This document shows positions 1 to 12,800 of a stretch of DNA of 64,000 bases, piece after piece (the stretch's first letter is position 1; each line of letters starts with the position of its first letter). The notes beneath the pieces are model-generated. The model made no database searches. It was not told the origin of the DNA and worked only from the letters and a program-made list of their open reading frames with translations. A program made the position numbers and the translations under genes. This stretch comes from Camelus dromedarius (Eukaryota): NCBI RefSeq assembly GCF_036321535.1, contig NC_087437.1, positions 117,120,001-117,184,000 on the forward strand. The letters run 5' to 3'.

Positions 1-2429
1 GCTTCCAAACAGCTTCATCCCTTAGGCCTAAATTCCATGAAAGCAGGAGCCTTGTCCATCTCATCCACACTGGTATCCCTAGAACTCTGAACACGGTAAA
101 CATTCATTTACTGAATAAATGCATCACCCATTAGTGAATCCAACACAAAATGGGGCTTACAGCCTGGACCTGCCCCTTATGAGTATAACTTTATCCAAGT
201 TACTTGTCTCTCCTAGTTTCATTTCAAACAGGAAATCATGATACATACAAGGTAATAGTGTTGTTAAGAAAATTAAAAGAGATTACATAGGTTAATGCTG
301 TTAATTTTTGTGCAGTACTTGGCCAAAAAAAAAAAAAAAAACTTAGCACTGATACTATTTTATCCATCAGATTGGTAAAAACTTAAAAGGTTATCTGGCT
401 ATGAAATCAGTATATTCTCACATATGGTAGTCAGGGGTTTAAACAGGAAGTGGCATAAGGAAAGCAAATTTACAATAAACATTAAAAACATGTAAACCAT
501 TTTACCTAATGATTAAGTTTCTAATTATAAGTAACAATTATATAAACTACAAATGAATGCATAGATACAGACATCTTATTTTGATATTCATTGAATCACT
601 AATAGAAAAAAACTGGAAACCAACCAAATGTCCAAGAAGCAAATGGTTAGATAAAATGTTCCAGAGAAATGGAAAAGGAATTCACAACATAATTTTTTAG
701 TTTATTTTTGTTAGCATATATGCATAAAGAAAAATAAACACTCATTTTAGTAATTTTTTCACTTTCTCTTTGCTTTTGCACTTCTACATATTCTACAACA
801 AACATAAGAAATTTTTATTTAGCATTAGGACAATTTTTAGTTACAGTTCACATTGAAAAAACTAATGAACTAACTACATATCACTTGTTACACCCTGATA
901 CAAACACCACTATCAACATCTTCAAACATTAACAAAAATAAGGGCAAATTTTAAGGCTTTAAATTGAGGCTCTAATACAAGGTCTTTCTCAAGCCAAAGG
1001 TCTCTCAATTTAGAATCCAGTTTCAGATACACCAATAATTTAACTAATAGATACCAGAATAAAGGGGTTAGGGGACTATCCTGACCCACAAGGATGTGAT
1101 TAACAGTTCTAGTTCTACATCTAACAAGTCATAACCAAGTCACAAAAATAACAAATGCTAGGTAATACTGAACACTTACAACGTACAAGGTACACTTTCT
1201 AACTATTTTAAGGTTTTGATTAAAATTAGTTCCTTATCACATTAATAATAGTTAAAACTTAATACAGTGATTACTATCTGACACTGTCCTAAGAACTTTA
1301 TATGCACTAACTTACTACACCTCCAAACTATTTCTCCTCATTTTCACAGATGAGAAAACAGTCACAGGCATTAAAAAGCTAAAACAGCAGAGCTAAAAAC
1401 ACAAATCCAGACTGTCTGGTTTTGCAACTCTCTATCACCAGATCACTGTCATCAGCTATGCTGCATCTTAATAAAAACAGCATGTAAGGAAATAATCCAG
1501 GAGTATCACAAGAATTTTAGAGCCAGGATGGCCTCCAAACATTTTTTAATGCCAAATATATGCACACTGATTAAAATCAACATAGAGAAATTTTTTCTAA
1601 GCAGTTCAATTCTCACATCCAAATCTTTCACCTACTCCATTACAAATACTAAAATGAAAGTCAAATTCTAAAGTAATACTGAGTGCATAATTCACCCTGC
1701 ATTGCTAGACTTATTACATAATTTTAACACAAAAGTTCTATGTTCAAAAAGCAACTTTCCCATTTCTACATAAAAAAATGAAAGATAGTAAATAATCACT
1801 GAAAGATTCTATTTTGCAAGTTCCTAATGAAATGGATTAAGGAACCAAAAAAAAAAAAAAAAAAGGAATGTGTAACTTCAATGTATCTCATGACCATTCA
1901 GTGTTAAAACACTGCTCTGACCTACAAACTACACATCTTAGAGATTTTAAGAAATCAAAGATGAGACATTATTTAATAACCAAACTGTTTGATGGGTTCT
2001 CAGAAAGAAAATATACTAAGGATTAAACAATATTAATTCTTTGAATAAATACTGAGAGCCTACTATGTGCTAGGAAGTATAATTAGGCATACCTACAGAT
2101 AATTACAGATGGTTATATGCCCCACATAATTTTTAAAAGTTCAAAGCAATCATTTATTCCAACTATTTAAAAGAGGATAATGTGAGAAACTATTGGTCTC
2201 ACCTTAAAAATGAAAACAAGCTGGATTAGCTTAAAAGTAACTTTTACCCCCTTCACAGAGCTGAGAAATAAAATCTAAATTAACTACACACCACAAACTG
2301 AGGAGACCTTCTGTGAACAGAAAAGAAACAGTTGCTTTCATCCCTAGGAAAGACACAGGAAGAAATGACACAGAAGAAAAAATCTACCAAACTTTTCAAC
2401 AGCCTCCTGTGGGCTGGCATGACTGATTA

Positions 2430-2700
2430 AGGGGGGAGGGCTAGGTAATTAGGTTTATTTATTTAATTATTTATTTTAATGGAAGTACTGGAGATTGAAT
2501 GCAGGACCTCATGCATGCTAGCCACTCGCTCTACCACTGCGCTACACCCTCCCCCCACAAATATTTTTGTTTTTATTCGTTTTGTTTGGGAGGGAAGTAA
2601 CTACATTTATTTATCTACTTATTTTTATGGAGGCACTGGGGATTGAACCCAGGACCTCGTGCATGCTAAGCACGCGCTCTACCACTGAGCTGTCCCCAAA
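2430..2700 (-). mobile_element. Head-to-tail dimer of tRNA-Ala-derived (vic-1-type) SINE
   Basis: Two tRNA-Ala(AGC)-like heads with A/B boxes and AT-rich tails; 16-bp direct repeat CTGGCATGACTGATTA at 2414-2429 and 2701-2716. Confidence 0.9.
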
Positions 2701-3179
2701 CTGGCATGACTGATTAGAACGCTAAGGAGCCTCTGTCAGAGTAAGTCCATACCCGCTCCACTCCTTTCCGTAGGCCTTCGCCAGCTGCACAGGGCCAAAA
2801 CCCGGGCGCTGAGCAGCTGGAGAACCCCCTAAGGCTACAGACAGGACAACAGGGTAAAAAGCCAACGTAGGAGTGGAGAACAAAGAGAACTCTTCAGCAA
2901 CCAAAAAGTAGGCAGCTGGACTATAAAGCAGAGGAAGATCTTACAAAGTTTGGAAAGCTGGCAACTCAGTTATAAAGGACAGGCAACTCAAGAATCTCTC
3001 CCAGGGCCCAAATTCCAAACTGCTGGAAGAAAGTATTGATCCCACCCTGAAAACATGTGAAGACAGTTATGAGATGAACACAACTAAAGCTGCAATAAAG
3101 GGCAGAGATGAGCAGATACAAATCAGACTGACCCAACTACACACACCAACAGCTTTGAGAGAAAAAAAAGAGCACATCC

Positions 3180-5225
3180 TTTGTGACTATACATCAGCTT
3201 CTCCTCTTTTAACACAAAAAGATGATGAGATACACAACAAAGCAAAATGTGACCCTGGGTCAAGAGAGGGAGTGGCTAACAGAAGCAGACCCAGAGATGG
3301 CCCAGATGTTGAAAAATGCTCAGTCATTATCTCTTCAAAACATTAACCTGCCCCATTCTTCCATCTTTTCCATATGGGACTTTATATATGTTAGACTACT
3401 TGATATTCTAGATTCAAGAAGCTCAGAGAATCCCAAGCAAAGTAAAGGCAAAGAATCTACCTAGGTACATCTGGTAGGAGCCCCGGACATGAGCCCCGAT
3501 AACCCCACCCTCCAGTATTCACAGATTCAGGGAATTCCCTCTCACTGAGTAAGTTACTTCCAAACAACAGAATGCCCTAACATCGAGCAACACATCTATT
3601 ATTAGGTTACAAAAGATTGTGACTTCTGTCTTGCAAGCAGACTATTGCCTTGTTAGCTTCCATCTTTCAATGACGCAAGCTTCCATGTTGGAGAGATAAA
3701 TGAGACAAGGAGCTGAGGGCAGCCAACTGGTATGAACTGAGGCTCTCAGTCCAACAACCCACCCCAGGAACTCAAGCCCTCCAAAAACCACGCGAACTTG
3801 GAAGGAGATCCTTCCATAGCCAAGCCTTTAGTTGAAACCTCAGCTCTGGCCAACACTTTGATTACAGCCTTGAGACTGAGATGGAGAACACAGCTCAGCT
3901 GTGCCTGGACTCCTGACTTAAAGAAACTGTGAGACAATAATAAATCTGAGTTCTTTTAACTTACAAAGTTTTGGGATAATCTGTTATGCAGCAATAGGTA
4001 ATGACTACAGTGTATCACAGTAAAACTTCTGAAAATTAAAGACAAAATGAAAATCTTAAAAAGCAGCCAAAAGGAAAAACATCATCTTGAAAAGAAAAGT
4101 AGTAAGACTGCTGGGTTTTCAATATCAATGTGCTGAAAGAAAATAAATAAATAAAAACCAACCAACCAACCAGAATTTCACAGCTTAAAAAAAAAATCTT
4201 TAAAAATAAAAACAAAACAAAGATGTTTTCAAACCAAAAGGGAAAGAAAGAAAAAGGAAAACTGAAGTCACTGCCAACAAACTTTCATTAAAAGAAATAC
4301 CAAAATAAGTTGCAGAGACTGAAAATAAATAAATAAATCACAAGTAAGAGGCATGGAAAGAAAGGAAGGAATTACAAATATCAGAAAAGGTATACGGATA
4401 GGTAAGAAATGAATATTGACTTTAAAACAACTGCAATAACACCTGGAAAAGCTTGTAACAAATGTAAAAGTCAAATATGGTAACAGCCCTTAAGGACATG
4501 AAGGTGATAATGAACAGTTTTAACTTCATTTAAGAGAAGTGGTAAAGTACGTAAAGTAAATGGTAACACATCTCTACAGTAACCACTAAAAGAATAAAAG
4601 GATATATAATGGAAAAGCAATAAAAAATAAATAGAATAACAGTGATTAATCCAAAAGAAAGTGAGAGAAGAAACATATAGGACATACAAAACAGACCTGG
4701 CCGACCTGACACAATTACATTTAAGTAATTACATTAAATACAAATGGTTTAAACACTCTTAACTGAAAGACTGAATAATAAATCTGCATTCTGTTTCAGA
4801 AGGCACATTTTAAAAATGAGACCACAGGAAGACTAAAAAGTAAAAGGATAAAAAAGACATACTATGCCATCATTAATCAAAAAAAAGCAGGGTGGCTACA
4901 ATAACATGAGGCAAAGTTAGCCTTTAAGACAAGAAGTACTATACAGGGGAGAGAGCATTTCCTAATTTTTAAAAAAGGGTTAAATTCTGGAAAAGGCAAA
5001 ACTATGCATGGAGACAGCAAAAAGATCAGCAGCAGGAAGGGAGAGATATTAAGGCAGAACGAAGAATTTTTAGGGCAGTAAAATTACTCTATGATTCTAT
5101 ACTGGTGGATATATGTTATGTACATTTGTCCAAATCCATAGAATGTACAACATCAAGAGCATCTAATATAAGTGTAAGAAAACACTGGTGAACTATGGAC
5201 TTTGGGTCAGTATTATATGTCAACA
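3180..5225 (+). mobile_element. Old L1 fragments (ORF1/ORF2 start and a 3' piece), interrupted by an MLT1 LTR
   Basis: A-rich decayed L1-like sequence that resumes on both sides of the LTR. Confidence 0.6.
3471..4009 (+). mobile_element. MaLR solo LTR (MLT1E-like)
   Basis: Typical MLT1 3' end: GAAACTGTGAGA..AATAAA..TTTGGGATAATCTGTTATGCAGCAATAG..TACA. Confidence 0.75.
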
Positions 5226-7084
5226 CAGCAGCACAGTCAAGGCTAAGTGATTCAGACACCACCAACACCATCACTTAGCGCTGATCCAGAGACAGCTGAT
5301 AGTTCCCCATCCTATTTTGTGGTCATCCATTAAGGGTAAATACCAGGCATCATTCATTCAAGTATGAAAACTCACAGAGACCGTTATTTTGTTATTTCCT
5401 AAGAGCCTACAAACATAAATTAAGTGAAGGGGAAGTCTACACAATACTGACTTATCATCCTATCCATATTGATACTAATAAATAGTACTGTGCACCAGGC
5501 ACTGTAAAGTCATTTTTTCCCACAGAATGTTTACAATGACACTTTGATACAATTACTATTATCCTTGTTATACAGATCAAGAAACTGAGGTAGAGATTAA
5601 TTAATTTGCCTAAGATTAGAACATCTAGTAAGCAACAAAAGAAAGCCAAGATTACAGCCCAGCCACCTGGCACCAAAACCCAGATTTCTAATTCAATACT
5701 GCTCAATTGCTAGACTAGAACCTATCATCACGCTGCCACAATCATTAAGTGTTCCCAAGGGTTATCAATGAAATGCCTATAAAAACGATAGATTTCTATA
5801 GTCGAGTACAAAGAAAATGCAGAATCCACAGAGAGAAAAGAGATAAACTCCACTCAGGATGAAGGGTCTTCAGAATCCCACAATGAAAATAAAGTGGTAA
5901 TGGTTGCACTGGTTGCAAAAAGCTGCAATACAGGTAGGGAATACAGAGCTGTTTTGTTTTAAATGGGTAAATAAGTAGCCTTGCTATAAAAAAAGACTCA
6001 ACCTGAGACTCAAGTAGAGTCTATCTGGCAATGCACTCAAAATCCAAGTCTTGGATTATAATCTTCAATCATCATCTGAGTCCTTAATCCAGTAGGGAGC
6101 TCCCAGATGGTAATACCACTATCCCCTTGGATTGGCGAGCTCATGCACGAACTAAGGAAGGTTAACAAATAAGTAGAGATGAAGAAAAGAGGTCTGGATG
6201 CATGTGTGCAAGTTATAGCTACTCTGATACAACATCAAGTTTTTTAATTACTGAATTATTTTTAATGTTTGAAAGAGTAAAAAATTACAACTTACTACAG
6301 TAAATTTAAAATTATATTTACAAAAGTTAAGTTCTTAGAAAGATTATGCTTAGATCTAAGTTCACCATCTTGAGCTGACTAAAATCATCATTTATGTTTA
6401 AGTATAATGTGAACCCTCTAGAAAATTTAACTAGTGATATTAAGTGATGTTAAATACTTTAAGATTAAATTCTCATGACAAATTAAACACTAATCAAAAT
6501 GTAGAAACAAATATACTTGTTTCTGTTACTACATTTATATGACTTATAAATGAACTTAAAAGTTTAAGAAAAATGACCGCTTACAATTCTAATAAACTAA
6601 ATACTGACTCAATATAAATAACTTTTGTCTTTTCCTTGCACAAAAGGCTTACTCAAACATTAAAAAAAAAAATTTAATGACAATACTCCCCTTAACGATA
6701 GACCACAATGTAAGAATCTTCTGATTTTTTTTCTGGTTAAGATATTGGCCTACAAAAATTTATCATGCTATTCAATTACAAAGTATGTAAAATCTCTTTC
6801 CCCTTTCTAAACACACCTCTCCTTTACAAATCTAGTCATTCCTAATTCCTATGCCCAATTCTATAATACTATTTCATTTCTCCCCTTCCTTCACTACCTA
6901 TAAATCATGAAAACTCCAATTAAATTCACAAGTCTAACTGCTACTGCAGGGTTAGGTATTGAAAGATAACTAGTCTAAATTCTCCTAAGAAATATCAAAA
7001 ATATCCATGCTTCCAAAGCACAGGTTCTAATAACAGTATGGTCACAAGTCTAAGATAAACTATAGCTTTGTAAACAATGATACT

Positions 7085-7225
7085 GGAATCACTAGAAAGG
7101 CTTTAAAAAATAGTGATGTCCAGTCCCACTACAAAGATTCTGATTTAACTGGTCTGAGGCATAGCCTGGGCATCCAGGTTTTATAAAGCTTCCCAAATAG
7201 TTCTGATTCAAGAACGAGAACTATT
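7085..7225. mobile_element. MER5-like hAT DNA transposon remnant
   Basis: GATTCTGATTTAACTGGTCTG...GCCTGGGCATC motif. Confidence 0.55.
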
Positions 7226-9213
7226 AAGAAAAAGGAATAAATTAAACATGAGTAAACAAATATCATAAACAATCAGACAAAACCAGACTGAAACATTCTA
7301 CAGAATAACTAACGCAGTTTCTTCAGTAAATCAACAGCAGAGGAGAAAAACTATACGAGATAAAAAGAGACTGAAGATAATTTCAGCACAATGCAAGGAC
7401 CTGGTCTGAAGCCCAATTCAAACTAAATATAAAAAACAAAACAAGAACAGCAAATTGGTAATGAATTTGTTTATGATATATAGGGATTCACCATATTATT
7501 CCCATTTGCATATGTTTAAAATACTTCTTAAAATTTTTAAAAAGAAAAACAAGACTTTCTTTGGAGAAACAGAAGGTACTCATATAACCTTGACAAAAGA
7601 AGAATTCCCTATACAGGAAGCTCATCCTCTACCTCTTAGTGCTGGGAAAGGAGGGAGGAAGGTAAAAGAGGAGAATATCCATCAGACAAATCATCCAGAC
7701 AATGAGATGATGTGTCACAGCCACATCACAGGGGCAAATCAGAGATTCTGAATAACTGAAAACAGAATTTTAAGTAAAGTTTTGTGCAACTCTAACAGCA
7801 AAAGTCAAAAATACAGATAAATCTATTTTAACAGTCACTTTCCCAGTAGTTATAACGTTATGCTTATTTCAAAATGTAAGCAATTTTCTCTGTAGTAGCA
7901 TGACTGCACTGTCATGTCAATAAGGTTTTTCTGCTTCACTGACATCACTATTTTCACTATCAACAGGAGTGAAAACAAATCAGAGCAGTCCTTTACTTTA
8001 AAGATTTCCTTGACTTAAGACCCAAAATATCAAACTCAAGACAACACAAAAATTCTGCCATAATGCAGAATTTTTAGAGCTCACTTTGAAAATATTCACT
8101 TTTAAGTGTTTGCTTCAAAAAACTCTAGGAAGGCAAATATTAAAACTGACACTGAAAGAGAGTATCTTACCACTTTCATCCAACTTTAAGTGTTAATACT
8201 TAACTGTTCATATACAAATCACAAATCCCCCTAGGTCTGTTCTTTTCTTAATTCAAAAATGGTGATCACATTCTACCAATTCTGCTTGCAGGTTTTAGAA
8301 CTGTGCTAAAAGATCATTCAGCAATTCTATTTTTTTTTTTTTCAGTTGTCTTGCTCATACAAAATGCTGAACACGGTCTGGCAACTAAAGAAATCCTTTA
8401 TCCGAATACACAAACCGGAAACATTTTTCTGAAAAACGTCTTATTCCACTAAGGACAAAACGAGTGGATAAAACAAACTTACAAATTGTGAGTAACTCAA
8501 AAAGATGACAAAGTACAGTGAAAAGATAACTGTAATCTACATTAATGGTGCTCTAGAGAGAGAAATGCAGCTAGAGCCTGTATTGTTATACACAGCAAGA
8601 GCAGTATAAAAATTCATTGAAATAAGTTTTCTAAGGCATTGAGCAAGAATAGCACAGTTTAGAGAGGCAGAAGTATTGAAGGAGTGGCATATTCTCACAG
8701 CAGCGAGATTTTTATCACTCTGCTGAAGAAAAAAAAAATGCTAAAGAGAGAAACGTTTCTCCACCTTTCATACACGAGTGCTTCTATTCCTAGGGAACAA
8801 GTGGCTGCAAGATCTGGGCGGGGCAAAAGGAGGAAGGCCAATCAGAGGCCGAGTTACAAGTCGCGTTAGGAAGAAACACGGATGAGAACTGCTCGCTGAA
8901 TGGCTGGTGCGCCCCCGGCTCTCGCCATAGGCAGCCGCACCTGGGGACCCACCCCGCCACAAACCGCGGCGCAGGGTCGCCCCCACCGCCGCCCCGCCGC
9001 CCCCGCAGGCTGTTTCCTACCCAAACAAACCCAGCCACCCCCAAAACAAAACAAAACCCACAGGGGAGAGTCCCGCTGTCCCGGTGACGCCACGGACGCC
9101 CGCCCGACCCCTCCGAGCGCGGCTCGGTCACTTCGCCCCTCCTGCAGGACCCCGAAAAGGGGGCGTGGGGAGGGGGCTCGGAAACAACGGGATGGAAATG
9201 TCAAAAGTCTCAC

Positions 9214-9273
9214 CAATTCCTCGTAGCTCCTGTTGTGCTCGTTGCCCTCCCAATCCAACCTCTTCGGCAGCAA
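9214..9273 (-). CDS. BRWD1: BRWD1 coding exon 4 ([20 protein letters not shown]); later exons lie left of the window
   Basis: tttgcag acceptor, 60 nt, TTG|GTGAG donor; peptide matches recalled BRWD1; I saw no exon 5 in 1-9200. Confidence 0.96.
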
Positions 9274-9442
9274 CTGCAAAGACCCGAGACGCACACGAGT
9301 GACCACCGCGCGGGGACGGGGTGGGGGGCGGCTGGGTAGCGGGGCGGGGGCGGGGGAGCTGGGAAGCGGCCCCGGGGCAAGGCCAGGAGGGGACGCAGGG
9401 GACGCGGCGGGGCAGGCGCGGGCGACGCCGCGAAGCACAGAC

Positions 9443-9472
9443 CTGGTACTGCTCCAGCTCCTGCACCAGCAC
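9443..9472 (-). CDS. BRWD1: BRWD1 coding exon 3 ([10 protein letters not shown])
   Basis: ttgcag acceptor, 30 nt, CAG|GTCTGT donor; in frame. Confidence 0.95.
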
Positions 9473-9611
9473 CTGCAAGGAACAGGACGCGCAGTTAGGG
9501 GGGCGGGGGCCGCACCCCGGTCCGCCCGGCGCCCTCCTCCCGCGACCCCAGGCGGCGGCGAGGCCGGGACCCCGGCACCCCGGCCGCCGCCGCCCACGGG
9601 CCCGCACTCAC

Positions 9612-9670
9612 CTGGGCGGCTCTCCGACACGGGCCGGCCGATAGGTACCGGGCGATGAGAAAGTACAGCT
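9612..9670 (-). CDS. BRWD1: BRWD1 coding exon 2 ([20 protein letters not shown])
   Basis: ccgcag acceptor, 59 nt, CAG|GTGAG donor; frame continues from exon 1; LisH-like N-terminal motif of BRWD1/PHIP/BRWD3. Confidence 0.97.
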
Positions 9671-9774
9671 CTGCGGGGAGACGGGGAGTCGGGTCAATCC
9701 CGGGCGCCGCGGCGGGGAGGGGGCTGGGGCGGGGGCGGGGGCGCCGCGGGGAGGGCGCGGGCAGCGCGTCTTAC

Positions 9775-9823
9775 CCGACTCAATGAGGGGCACCGGGCGT
9801 CGGGCTGGCGAGGGCTCCGCCAT
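9775..9823 (-). CDS. BRWD1: BRWD1 coding exon 1 (MAEPSPARRPVPLIES+1 nt)
   Basis: ATG at 9823 in GCC-ATG-G context; peptide matches the recalled BRWD1 N-terminus; 49 nt followed by GTAAG donor at 9774. Confidence 0.97.
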
Positions 9824-12800
9824 GGCCGGGAGCGGGGCCGGGGCGGGAGCGGGCGAGCGAAGCGTGTAGGCCGCGCCGAGGCCTGACCGGGCCGGCGTCC
9901 CTCTACCTTAGGCGCGCCGCCGCCGCCGCAGCAGCCGCCGCCACCGCCATGCCTTGCGCCAGCTCCGACGCCTCCGCGAAGTAGTCCCCCCTCCGGAGAG
10001 AAAGTAGTTCCTCCACAGGGGCCGCCGGTGACACCAGACGAACGACGGCCCGGCCCCGCCCGGAAGAGCTAGCCTCGCCTCCCTCTCCTGGGCCTCAGGG
10101 GACGCTCGGAGGAGACTGTGTGCACCCAGGGCCGGGCCCGGAGCAGCGGCGAGTGGGGGAGGGGAGCGAGCGTGGCCGGGATCCCTGCGCGCGGTGACGC
10201 GGCTCCCGGCCATTGTGAGGCGGCGGCCCGGCTGCGGTGCGGGGCGGGAGCGGCGGACGGGCGGGGGCCCCGGCGGGGTGGGGGTGGGGACCGGTCGCCG
10301 CTTCCCCGGCAGGACCGAGCCCCTTGACGCGGGCCGCAGAGTTCCAGGATGCCCAGCGGTGGCGGCGGGGTCACTAGCTTCGGGGTTCTTGGAAGGGACG
10401 TTTCACGGACAGTCATCTGGGGTCAGTGTGTTTACCACCCACCCCACCACGAAAGATCGCTCGCTTCGAGGACGCGAAACGCTTAAAACCGAGAATCGTG
10501 CCACCCATAAAGAGGAGAACGTCTGCCTGAGAAGCCTTCCCCGGGGGAGGGGAGGAGGAAGGCGGGGAGGTCACAGGGTGGCGGAGGCCGGGGTCCGCAG
10601 ACACTGACCCGCTACGGCTCGGAGGGGACAGTAAACGTTTACTGAGAGGCGACGTTGCCGCACGCAGTAGGAAGAAGATAGAATAATGAGACGGAGCCGC
10701 AGTCCCGGGAGAACCCAGCAGTCTGGTAGAAAGGGTTAAAGAAAATGCAGTACATCGCAGAGGATGTAAACCTCGCCAGCCAGGAAAGCCGCCCAGAGCC
10801 GGCGATGACTTAGCGGGATAGGAAGCGGGGTGCGAGGAAGCGGCGACGCAGACACGCAGCACTTCGGGCAACCATGTGTCATTAGGATTCTCCTGGAAGA
10901 CAGTAGTAGGATTTGAGGTTGGAGCAGTGGGCAAGGGTCCAAAAAATGCCCGTAATGGCTTCTGACCTAACCGGATTCATTCACCCAGCGTATCCGGTGT
11001 GCCCTTTTCTGAACCCTGAAGGACAGTAGCGAGCAAAACACTCCTCTCGTGGAGTGGACATTGTAATCGCAGTTCCTACACAGTATAACAACTTCCACAG
11101 CATATAGAAGTTAAATGTCGTAGTTCAGGTCACACTGGGTGGGACTGACCCTGGGCCTTGCCGGCCTATTGATTGTGTAACTGAGCAATTAATCACCTCT
11201 GGGCCTCAGCTGTCCTCACCTGTAAACTATAGATCATAGTTGTGCCTACTTCATAGGGTTGTGAAGATTTAATACGGGTTGGTATGTGTTCTTAGCCTAT
11301 AGTAAGCGCCATATACGTGCCTGCTTTTAATTATTTACACCACATAGCAAAAGGTCTTAACATATGTTTGAGAGGGAACAATCCGGACGTGTTTGGACGT
11401 GCGCATCCGCAGTCCGTTCTTGTATCTGTTGATTCAGCAAACACTAACCAAGTGATGAGAATAAAAGGTGAAAGAATAAGCTACTTACAGCTTTGCCATT
11501 CAATACTTAAGTGTCTTTTAAGGGAAACGATGTAAGCAAAGAATGACAAGATTTAGGGCAGTATCTCTGTTATCAGAAGGGAGATCAGTCTGCCTATGGG
11601 AGGGGCAGATGTTAGAAGTTTGAGTGTTTTGGACTTCAGTGTGTGGACGGGGATTCCAGACACGTGAACAACAAAGGGCCAAGACATGAGTAACAGTCCA
11701 AGTTTAAGGAACTCAAGTTTAGTATGACTGGTTGGGGTGACTTTGGAGGTATGGATGGGACCCATTAAGTCAAAAATTGGCGGGGAAAGGGTAGTTAAAA
11801 TGGGGATAGGCTTGAAAGGGTTAAGACCGAGAGGCAGGAAAACCACTTAATAGATTCCTAAAATAGGAAAGATGACAGATGATGCATTAGGGCAATCATT
11901 AATTATGAGGGTGGAGACGAAGAGATGGGTTCAGAAATACGTAAGAGGTTAAAACAGATGAAGTCAAATGAGAGTAAAAGTCACAAAACTCTCAACTCTG
12001 AGGCGTAGGTCAAGGTTGTGCCAGCCACTGACTGACATAGGGCATTCAGGCTGTAGCTAAATTATTAAGATGGCTAACTACTTGAAACAACTTGATTACT
12101 TGAAGTTACAGCGCATATATTCCTGTGGGACAGTATCATCTGATGCTACAAGATTACCAGAGTTCAAAAATATTAAAGACATAAAGAGGGGAGAATTTAA
12201 CCTTTTAGAGATTGACCAGGGAGTTGCATGTTTCATTTTGTAGCAATATCGTAAAAAAGGCCATGAAACAAGTTACAAGAATTTATATCTGAAGCACTGG
12301 TCCTTGTGCAAAACTGCAATGCTGGTATGGGCAGCATGGTAACCATTACAAGAAGTCAGAAAAGATGACAGGAGTCTTCCCTTGCACGAGCCCTGTCGTT
12401 CCTTTACAGTTTACTCTGACGTCTGTGACATCCTGTTCTAGATTTGGGTGGAGACGCAATGATTTCTGACAAGAGGCAGAATATCTTCCCCCTTCAACTC
12501 TCAGTTGAAAGAGACCTAGGTTTGACTCCCACTTACGCCACAGACAAGGATGAAAAGGGGATACACTGTCCATCATCATCTTCATAGTTGGAACCTGCCC
12601 AAAGTGGTCTCCAAGCAAGGGAAGAACTATGTACGTGTCCCTCACACATTGAATCCAAGCCATTCCAAATGCACAAACTAAGGTTTGCTTTTGGATAAAT
12701 GGAAATAACTTCTGAATTTCACCACAGGAAAGCTATATGGAGTACTAAATTATCAAAAAGTTGCTTAGTAAGCAAGGGGTGGCAGATCTTAATGGCTCGT

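Larger units (their letters stand above)
8880..10870. promoter_or_regulatory. CpG island / BRWD1 promoter (possibly bidirectional)
   Basis: Very high GC and CpG density, many GC boxes, (GCC)n tract at about 9915-9948; island extends about 1 kb upstream of the ATG. Confidence 0.9.

Noticed and set aside
2628..2697. Apparent tRNA-Ala(AGC) genes (this and about a dozen similar copies)
   Set aside because: Broken acceptor stems, AT-rich tails and TSDs mark them as SINE heads
8048..8075. 11-bp stem hairpin AAAAATTCTGC/GCAGAATTTTT
   Set aside because: AT-rich intronic context makes chance likely; no other support
8165..8210. Possible 33-nt stop-containing cryptic exon in BRWD1 intron 4 (GTG|GTAAGA donor)
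   Set aside because: Poor polypyrimidine tract at the acceptor
8866..10934. Long overlapping ORFs (up to 254 aa) in the BRWD1 island
   Set aside because: Low-complexity G/P/R/A products of stop-poor GC-rich DNA; only the four spliced exons match a known protein
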